Shown in pieces: positions 54,969 through 64,000 of a DNA stretch of 64,000 nucleotides. The stretch comes from Diplonema japonicum (taxonomy: Eukaryota; Protista; Euglenozoa: Diplonemea). Numbering within the stretch: the stretch's first letter is position 1; each line of letters begins with the position of its first letter. The DNA is taken from assembly GCA_964019335.1 (NCBI GenBank), contig OZ025662.1, forward strand, positions 124,001 through 188,000, given 5' to 3'. Under the pieces are notes generated by a model. The model was not told the origin of the DNA and searched no databases. It saw nothing but the letters and a program-made list of their open reading frames with translations. The position numbers were made by a program, and so were the translations under genes.

Positions 54969-57305
54969 ATGCCACAGACAGTGGTCAAAGATCATGAGGT
55001 AGCACTATCGAGCAGGGCGGCGGTGGTATGCTGCAGCATGGATAGTGGCATTGTGGTGTTGGGCAGGGGCGACTGTCTTGAAGTTCTGGAGGCTGGTGGG
55101 GTGCTGAGCAGGGAGCGGATGGAAGGGAGGGTCGATGGTGTATGCATTGTACGTGGTGCCATTGTGGTCTGTGCGCTGGAGGCGTACTACATGGACATGT
55201 GCGCGATGTCCGAGCAACACCTTATCGACGTTTCGAACATCACGCAGCTGGACGGGCTCAAGGCAACGGGTGCTTACATTAATGACACAGCCACCTTGGC
55301 TGCGGTGGCGTATAAGTCGCATGTGCTGATCACCTCCCTCCCCAACTGCTCTCACATGGCACTGCTGCAAGGTCACGACGGCGACATCACCGGAGCTTTA
55401 TTCTCGTCCCACCTGCCAGCCACGCTTGTCACCACCTCAGAGGACCGCACCTTCAAAGTCTGGGACTACGAAACGGGCACCGTCACTCATAAGTCCAGCA
55501 TCCTGTCCGCTTACCCTATACGTAGCGTAACGGAGCAGTGCAGCCCGCACAGGCTGCTGCTGGGGCTCGACGACGGGTCCGTCCTCATCGTATCGCCCGA
55601 CGAGGGCTACAAGGAGCTTTTCAAGCTGCATATAAGTTCTTTGTGCAAGAAGTGGGCGGAGAAGATGGACGCGGAAATTGTAAGCGAGACGCAACAGAAC
55701 CAGCTTAAGATCATATCATCGACGCCGCCATGGAAGCAGCAGCAGGTTGCCACCGCACAGCAACCCACCGACACGGACCTTGGACACAGCATCCTGGCTA
55801 TCCGCTACGTGGCCACGCAAAGGCAGTACATTGTTGTCACACAACACGCCATTTTGACCTTAAAGGCCGACTGCTATGAAGTAAACTTTTTGCAACCTGC
55901 AAAGTCCGAGTTGTCATTCACTGTCGCTTGCTTAGACCAGAGTGCCTCTTATGACAAACTGCCTCTCGTTGTTGTCCCTAGCTTTACGCAGACCCTTGCC
56001 TACTACTCCATCATCCTCGACACGGATGCCCTAGTTAAGCCTGCAAAGGTCGAAACAACGGAGCTCTCAGTCTTTCTTAAAACAGATTTACCTCGCAAGT
56101 TTACGACACCATTGGTGCAGAAGGAGGTTCAAAAAAAAGGAGCTTCCGTTGTGTTCCACAAACAAATCAAATCCAGCGGGTATGCTTCCTCTGAGCCGTG
56201 GAGTGTGAAGCAGCAGCGCAAGAAAGCATTGCGGCGGTGCTCGCAGAGTATGAGCCCTAAGACTCTGCAGTGTTATAAAATGACGGATAAGCCACCGTCT
56301 ACCCTACAGGCTCATCACTCTAAGATACTCGGCACACGCCCAGTCCATCACGGGGCGGTGCTGGGTGTCACTTTCACTTCCGATGCCAAACACCTTCTCA
56401 CCTGCTCTGCCGACCGGTCCGTATCGCTGCTGAAGCTTCCCGTCCACAAGCACAACGGCGAAGCGTTTATTTTTAAGGCCCACACAGCTCCCATCACTTG
56501 CTGTGCGGCGACCTACTCCTACGGCGACGGACAGGCCATCCTGTCGGGCAGCCTGGACTCTACTGCCATGCTGTGGAAGCATGGCCGTGAGACGCCTTAT
56601 CTCGTGATACAGAAGCCCTCTGAGATAAAAGGGGTAGCCTTCACAAACATTGACAAGCTGGCTGTTGTTGCTTCGGGCGGGAAAATTGATTTACACAAAT
56701 ATGTCCTGGATTTAGAGGCTGACGACCTGGACAGGTTCTCGAACAGGAGCCTCGAAAGGATGGTTCACTCGATAGCGACACGGAACCAGGTAGTTACGTG
56801 TGTGGCATGTCACAACAGTTTCAACAGCGGCATGATCTTCTACGGTGGCAGCAACAAGGATGTCGGTGTGTACGACTTGGTGAAGGAGACGAACTCGCTG
56901 ACGCTTCCGTCCCCGCACGAGCGTCCTGTGCTGAGGCTGGCAATCCCAAACAACTGTTTTGCTGCATCGCACACTCCCTCCACGTCGGAGCTCTTCGCCA
57001 CGTCTTCACCTGATGGTGTCATCCGGCTCTGGGACCTCCGCACGCCGTCTTCATCTATCAGAGCATACTCCAGCCACCTCAACACTTCCCACGCACTGGG
57101 GCTTTCCTTCTCTCCATGCATGCGGTACCTAGCCTCTGGGTCTGAAGACAGGTGCACTTACCTTTATGACCTAGGCACGGCAAAGCTCATCACCAAGGTG
57201 CACACCCACACTGACGTCGTGTCAGATGTGGCCTTCAACCCCCTGCACCCACAGGCTGCCGCCGTAGGCTTCGATGGGAGCGTTAAGTTTCTAGCTGATA
57301 AGTAG
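54969..57305 (+). CDS. WD40-repeat protein, WDR27-like
   Basis: Multiple GH..WD repeats in two clusters, with a central FHKQIKSSGY motif that I recall as typical of WDR27. Confidence 0.8.
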   Translation: MPQTVVKDHEVALSSRAAVVCCSMDSGIVVLGRGDCLEVLEAGGVLSRERMEGRVDGVCIVRGAIVVCALEAYYMDMCAMSEQHLIDVSNITQLDGLKATGAYINDTATLAAVAYKSHVLITSLPNCSHMALLQGHDGDITGALFSSHLPATLVTTSEDRTFKVWDYETGTVTHKSSILSAYPIRSVTEQCSPHRLLLGLDDGSVLIVSPDEGYKELFKLHISSLCKKWAEKMDAEIVSETQQNQLKIISSTPPWKQQQVATAQQPTDTDLGHSILAIRYVATQRQYIVVTQHAILTLKADCYEVNFLQPAKSELSFTVACLDQSASYDKLPLVVVPSFTQTLAYYSIILDTDALVKPAKVETTELSVFLKTDLPRKFTTPLVQKEVQKKGASVVFHKQIKSSGYASSEPWSVKQQRKKALRRCSQSMSPKTLQCYKMTDKPPSTLQAHHSKILGTRPVHHGAVLGVTFTSDAKHLLTCSADRSVSLLKLPVHKHNGEAFIFKAHTAPITCCAATYSYGDGQAILSGSLDSTAMLWKHGRETPYLVIQKPSEIKGVAFTNIDKLAVVASGGKIDLHKYVLDLEADDLDRFSNRSLERMVHSIATRNQVVTCVACHNSFNSGMIFYGGSNKDVGVYDLVKETNSLTLPSPHERPVLRLAIPNNCFAASHTPSTSELFATSSPDGVIRLWDLRTPSSSIRAYSSHLNTSHALGLSFSPCMRYLASGSEDRCTYLYDLGTAKLITKVHTHTDVVSDVAFNPLHPQAAAVGFDGSVKFLADK

Positions 57306-57376
57306 ATGTTTGATATGCATTTAATTTATATTCTCAAACCACAGCACAATACAGCAACACAGGCATACTACATAAA

Positions 57377-58473
57377 ATGGCAAAACTTGACTTCGAGCAG
57401 GATAAGAATCTGAAGTTCGAGACTTCGCAGAGCGTAGTGCCCATTATCAGCTTTGATGACATGGGTTTGCGCGAGGACTTGCTGAGGGGGCTGTACAGCT
57501 ACGGGTTCGACAAGCCCTCGGCCATTCAACAGAGAGCCATCGTGCCCTTCATCAAGGGAAGAGATCTGATCGCCCAGGCTCAGGCCGGAACAGGGAAAAC
57601 AAGCATGTTCTGCTTGTGCTGCTTGCAGCTGGTGGACGTGAGATCTGCAACGACACAAGTGCTGATCTTGTCGCCTACCCGCGAGCTTGCCGTGCAGTCC
57701 CAGCAGGTGTGCATGACACTGGGGGACTACATGAACGTGTCGTCGCATGCCTGCATCGGTGGGAAGAGTTTGGCTGAGGACATCCGCCGACTGGATGGTG
57801 GCGTGCAGGTGGTCTCCGGTACCCCGGGGCGTGTCTTCGACATGATTAAGCGCCGCAACTTGCAAACAAGGAACATCAAAGTCCTGGTGCTTGATGAGGC
57901 GGACGAAATGCTCGCGGAGGGCTTCAAGGCCCAGATCTACGACATCTACAGGCACCTCCCCCACAGCATACAAGTTGTGCTCGTCTCTCTGACGCTCCCT
58001 CAGGAGGTATGCAAGACAACACACGTTTCACATTTTTTCACAGGTTTTGGAAATGACAACGAACTTCATGACAGACCCCGTGCGCATCTTGGTGAAGAGA
58101 GATGAGCTGACTCTGGATGGGATCAAGCAATACTTCATTGCTGTTGAGAAGGAGTGTTGGAAGTTCGAGACACTCTGCGACCTATACGACACACTCACCA
58201 TCACGCAGGCGGTGATCTTTAGAAACAGGAAGGAGGACGTCGAGCTGCTGACAAGGCAGATGACCAAAGCAAAACACACAGTGCTCTCCATTCATGGCGA
58301 CATGGCGCAGCCCGACCGTGACGCAGTGGTCAGGACCTTCAGGGAAGGCAAAGGGCGTGTGTTGATTGCGACAGACGTGTTCGCGAGGGGCATTGACGTG
58401 GCACAAGTTTCGCTTGTCATTAACTATGACATCCCCAACAGCAGAGAGCAGTACCTGCACAGGTATGAATGCG

Positions 58474-58522
<49 letters not shown>

Positions 58523-58710
58523 CTTGCAGGATCGGTCGTTCGGGCCGTTTCGGGAGGAAGGGTATCGCCATCAACTTTGTGACCAAAGAAGAGAAAGCCA
58601 TTCTGCGTGACATCGAACAGTACTACTCTACCCAGGTATGCACAGCTGCACTGGCCACACCACACCAACAGATCGACGAGATGCCCATGAACATCGGTGA
58701 GATGGCGTAG
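57377..58710 (+). CDS. DEAD-box helicase, eIF4A-III/FAL1-like; introns 58007-58043, 58463-58529, 58636-58671
   Basis: [40 protein letters not shown] after splicing; [21 protein letters not shown] is eIF4A3-type. Confidence 0.9.
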
Positions 58711-58997
58711 TAACCTAACCGCACTGTGGATACCCACGGTGTTCTTATAGCAGAAAGGACAATAAATCAAGTTTAGTACCAGCAGTGTCCGTGTGCACAC
58801 TGGAAAAAAAAAAAAAAAAAAAAGAAGAATAAATAACTTGTCCTTTTCTTTCTTTTCTTTTAAATATCCCTTTTTTTTCAGTGTCTAGTAGCAAGGGCTT
58901 CCACATTTGGATCATAGGGCGCTTTCCGTTTTGACACCTCGATCACCACACAGGCAGGGGATGGACAGTGCGCCGCAGTAGGAAGGTGGCGGTTTCT

Positions 58998-60170
58998 ATG
59001 CCCAATGCAGGACTAGGTGACATCCTAGCCCTGCTGAGCAGGCACCATACGCAAAGTGATGCAGACAGTTTCCTGATTGGCCAGCTGATGCAGGGTAGCT
59101 TCAGCGAAGATGAAGGCGAAAGCGACGGGCTCACGGGGTGTCTGGGCACACTGGTGAAGTATAAAACCATTGATGCATGTGGGGACAAGAAGTATATCTG
59201 TCCTCTCTGCTATGCAGAAGTCCTGAACAAACGGGGCATCAAGCGCACCCCTGCTACGACAGTGGCAAAGCCCAGGTCCTACTTCATGCAGCATTCCGTA
59301 TCCTGCGGGGGGCAGCTCGGTAGGTGCGGCAGTGCGTTGGCACCAGGCGACTGGTATGTGTGCACAACGTGCACCGAGGAGCCGACCATGCTGTGCGGGG
59401 TGTGCTTCCAGAAGGGCGAGCACTCACCTCATGGGTTTAACTTGCTGGAGGAAGAAGACGAAACTGAGGAAACACGTCCACATAGTTATCACACTCCAAC
59501 ATTCCCCCCCCCTCCCCCCCCTCCCCCACCGGCTGAGACAACAGAAGAGTGTTCATTGCAAACCACAGAAAGCACCACACGGTGCTGTTTCCCATTTAAA
59601 CAGTTATTCAAGAAGCGCAACTGTGTCTCAGAAGGCTCTAGCAACGTAGTGGAGATGTCGCCTGTGCCCGAAAGGGAGGAGGCACCCTCGAGCCCTGTTC
59701 ACTCCCCCCCTTCCAGCGCCTGTTCGTCACCAAGGACCACACCGTCGCCGATGTACTTCATCAAACAGCGAGGGGTGCAGAAGCTGGCAAGGCACATGAT
59801 GAGGAAACATCGAGGCAACCAGCGGTCCACAACATGCCCGATTTGTAAGGTGCTGCCCGAGACAAGCCTTGTTGCGCACTTTGAAGCCTACCATTCGAAG
59901 AACATGAAAACCTACTCCTTGTACCTCAACACCACCCCAGCCCCCTCAGAGGTGCTGTATCTCTTGGACCGCCTACAGGCTGCTTACCTTTACACACCAT
60001 CGCAGAAACGCGAGATCCTGGAGCAGAAGAAGGGGACCACCCACTGCTGCCTTTGTTCTGAGGTGCTTGGCACCGTTCCTGTGTCCTTGCTGAAGTGTGG
60101 ACATCTCTGCCATTCTGAGTGCGCTGAAGAGAACGACGCTGGCTGTAGAAGCTGCAGCGAGGAAAGTTGA
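58998..60170 (+). CDS. Zinc-finger protein with ZZ-like, C2HC-like and C-terminal RING-like motifs
   Basis: WYVCTTC..LCGVCF..H..H, CPIC..H..H, CCLC..CGHLCHSEC..C..C. Start codon uncertain. Confidence 0.7.
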   Translation: MPNAGLGDILALLSRHHTQSDADSFLIGQLMQGSFSEDEGESDGLTGCLGTLVKYKTIDACGDKKYICPLCYAEVLNKRGIKRTPATTVAKPRSYFMQHSVSCGGQLGRCGSALAPGDWYVCTTCTEEPTMLCGVCFQKGEHSPHGFNLLEEEDETEETRPHSYHTPTFPPPPPPPPPAETTEECSLQTTESTTRCCFPFKQLFKKRNCVSEGSSNVVEMSPVPEREEAPSSPVHSPPSSACSSPRTTPSPMYFIKQRGVQKLARHMMRKHRGNQRSTTCPICKVLPETSLVAHFEAYHSKNMKTYSLYLNTTPAPSEVLYLLDRLQAAYLYTPSQKREILEQKKGTTHCCLCSEVLGTVPVSLLKCGHLCHSECAEENDAGCRSCSEES

Positions 60171-60416
60171 TATGCCCTAGAAGGCATGTTGCTAGAGGGA
60201 GTGAAAGATTTGTATTCTTTTGCCCCCTCTCCCCTTTCTTCGATGTTGTTCCTGAACTGAGACCTATCCAGGCTGCGGACCACCTTCGAAACAATTCCTT
60301 CCACACTCACAAACCCTGATTTTTTTTTTTTCTTTCTGTCACCCACTTTGTCCTCTTCGTTCCATATTTTACTTTTTTTTTTATGTGTTCAACGCCTCAC
60401 CGCCAGGGTATGGAGG

Positions 60417-60461
<45 letters not shown>

Positions 60462-60695
60462 AAACAAGAAATATACTTTCCCGATCTGTTTAGTAAAGCA
60501 ATACCCCCCCGTTATTTTTATTCTTTTCCCTTGATCCGTCTGTCTTTTTTTTTTGTTTTATTGTTTTTTTTGATTTGTTTTGTGATAACAATTTCAGTTT
60601 GTCAGTCATACCCAGGACCTGCGAGTAATTTTTAGAAAGCAAGCTGTTTAACCGAATAACAAAGGGCTACGAGAAAAAAAAAAAAAAAATCGAGT

Positions 60696-61392
<697 letters not shown>

Positions 61393-62184
61393 CCACACAA
61401 AACAATACACCCCCCCCCCCCCCTTCCGTTTATATATCGCCCTTGCTTTCTCTTTTTTTTTTTAAAAAAAAGAAAGTGTTTTTTTTTTCCCCCCTTCTCT
61501 TTCAGTGTGGAAACTAAACTATTTACAGACGCCGGCAAAAAAAAAAGAAGAAAATGTTACGTTTTTAAGACGAATTTTCCCCCCTTGTTTCCTTTCTTTT
61601 TTTTTTTTGAAATTGAAAGCTAGAAGAAAACGGTAAAAAAGACACATAAAGAAACATCCTACCCTCCCTAAAAATCTAGTTTCACCCCCCCCCCCACTTT
61701 TTACTTTCATTTTCCTCATCCCTATCCTAATCCCCCCCTCCCCTCTTATTTAAATCGCGCTGCTGCTTTTGCTCTTGACCAGCCTGTTGGCTGGTGGTCC
61801 ATTGGGAAATGGTCAAGGGAGGAAATATGATGGAAAAAAAAAAAAAAAAAGGAATGATGGCAAGTGGAGGTTTTTGTATTATACGAAAAAAGAGAGCAGG
61901 ACATTGGAAGGGGTGATGGGGTAGGGAAAAAAAAAGGAGTAAGGAGGGGGGAGAACTGTGAGAAACAATGAATAGAGAGGAAAGGGGGAAAGAGCATTCT
62001 TGCCGTTCCCAAACTCTTCCCCCCCCCTTCTTTCTCTCCCCCCCTCTTTCTCCCCTTTTATTTTTCCTTTCGCAGTAGCTACTTCTACCTTGATAAGTGC
62101 TACGGTTTCTGAGAGGGCAACAGTTTTCTTCTTCTTTTATATCTTCTTTCATTTCTTCTCTGTCACCATTGCTAATGTTTTTTC

Positions 62185-62224
<40 letters not shown>

Positions 62225-62283
62225 TATACAAACCTTTTCAGCAATACACCAACTGCTATCAGAAAAAAAAACAAGAGAAAAAA

Positions 62284-62745
62284 ATGACACCCACCATCCA
62301 CCCCGAGCAACTTATCTCTGTTGCGTCTCAGCTCTTCCAGAAGGTGGCGAACAACGCAAAAGCGCAAAAGCTGAGTCTGTATGACGGTGAGAAGGCGCCT
62401 GGGATCGAGGTGCGGGAGTACATGAAGCGGCTTGTGCGGTACACTGGGTGCGATGTGGACACCATCATCATTGCGATCATCTACATCGACAGGATCTGCA
62501 TCAACGCAGGGATTGCCATCACAGGGAACAACGTGCACAGGCTGCTGCTGGCAGGGTTCGTGGTCGCCATCAAGTGGCGGCAGGACAGGGTCCATGGGAA
62601 CGGCCATTACGCCACAGTAGGCGGTGTCACACGCCAGGAGCTCAACAGGCTCGAGAGGACAGCCCTCAACGACCTCAAATGGGAAACTCATGTCGAAAAA
62701 TCAATTTTTGAAAAATATGAGAAGCGATTGGTGTCAAACTGTTAA
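62284..62745 (+). CDS. P/U-type (PHO80-like) cyclin
   Basis: P.I.V..Y..R, IYIDR, NVHRLLL, YATVGG, ELNRLE. Confidence 0.88.
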   Translation: MTPTIHPEQLISVASQLFQKVANNAKAQKLSLYDGEKAPGIEVREYMKRLVRYTGCDVDTIIIAIIYIDRICINAGIAITGNNVHRLLLAGFVVAIKWRQDRVHGNGHYATVGGVTRQELNRLERTALNDLKWETHVEKSIFEKYEKRLVSNC

Positions 62746-62794
62746 GGGACGAGCTATGTCCCACTGAAAGACATGAAAGAGAACAAACGAACAA

Positions 62795-62843
<49 letters not shown>

Positions 62844-64000
62844 GAACAAAAAAAAATACCCCCTTTCCACCTCCCCCCATCCCGTTCTTCTTCTTCTTTT
62901 TGAGAAAAAAAAGAAGAGAATAAAGAAATAAAAAGGGGGGGAAAAGTATTCCCCCCTTCTATTTTTTAAAAAAAAATCTTTTTTTAAAGCTCATATCATC
63001 CCTGATGAGGGAGAGCAAAACTGAACCGGATCGCAACAACTTCCCATTTTCCCTACTCTACCTTCACTTTTTTTTCTTTCTTTCTTTTCCTTTGTTCCTT
63101 CATATGTTACTGTCTTCCCACACTTTCATTCCTCATTTGTGAGGAACAGTAAACTATAGTCGTTGCATCAGAAAAGACGAAGGGTAGAATAGAAGAGGAA
63201 AAAAAAAAGAATCTTTTTTTTTGTTTTTGTTTTCTCCAAGGCGGTGTGTGCCCCTTGTTTTGGGAAAGTTCCTTTTTTTGTTTTTTTCTTTCTCTCCCAG
63301 GAAGACGGTTTATAGACGTTTCTATATTTGGAAGAGGGAAAAAAAAAAAAAAAAAAAAAAAAAAACTAAAACTATCCCACTTTTTTTTCCTTTCTTTTTT
63401 TTTTCTTACATTTATATTTAATTAGTATCCAATGTGAACGCATTTCTTATGAACATTTTGAAACTATGCCCCCCTCTCAGTTTCTCCCTCCATCCCCCCC
63501 CCCCTCCAGCCACACATACACTACGGAAACCTAAAGATTTAAAGTTGTTTTTCTCTCCTCTCTTTTTCCCTCCTTTATGGTGGGAGAGTGAAAAAAAAAA
63601 AAGAATTTATCTTTCCTATTATGTGAAAGAAAGGAGAACACGAGGAGAAAAAGAAAAACGACCAAAAAAAATCTTACTTAGGTTATAAAAATGAAGTCCA
63701 GAAGTAATAATAAATAAAAGGGCGGGGTCTCACAGCCAAGGCCGGCTTAGCTGCACTGAAATATTGAACATTATTCCTCTTATTGCTTCCCCCTCTTCCA
63801 CCCGTTTCCTACCTACAGAAGAAGCTTCTGAAAGGGACAGTTTGGAAGACTTTTCTAAAAAACCCCCTTTTTTTTTTGTTCTCTTTATTTTTATACATAT
63901 ATCATGATCTGTTTAACTATATGCAAATCAAACTATCTTTTTTGATTAAGCTGCTTCCCCCTCCCCCTCTCCCATTTCTCATATTTTTTTCTTTCCCCCC

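Overview
Eukaryotic (protist) genomic DNA, most likely a euglenozoan with cis-introns such as a diplonemid (inferred, not proven). 1-36.6 kb is a mirror-image pair of head-to-tail arrays of APE-RT-RNase H non-LTR retrotransposons (Ingi/I-group-like; families labelled A, B, B', C, plus a non-coding element D). Both arrays point at, and end 3-5 nt upstream of, a tail-to-tail pair of tRNA-Ala(CGC) genes at 20308-20491. Every element with an intact 5' end starts with an HDV-like ribozyme that has a long A-rich J1/2 holding an AUG. In B' and C its core overlaps ORF1 and its P1 3' strand (CCCCACU) is the exact complement of the tRNA-flanking target (AGUGGGG). The autonomous elements also carry a covarying ~160-nt structured RNA before ORF2 and an N-terminal 2A-like peptide. 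All four families share a 3'-UTR pseudoknot architecture. 36.6-46.6 kb is a CpG-decayed nest of older elements: a TIR element, a piggyBac-like remnant, and a gag-YR-RT/RH retrotransposon with split direct repeats. 47-62.7 kb is a same-strand cluster of host genes (SDR, cNMP-domain protein, Serinc, WDR27-like, eIF4A3-like, ZZ/RING, RAD6/UBC2, P/U-type cyclin) with very short GT-AG introns. RNA structures were paired by eye and not computed.
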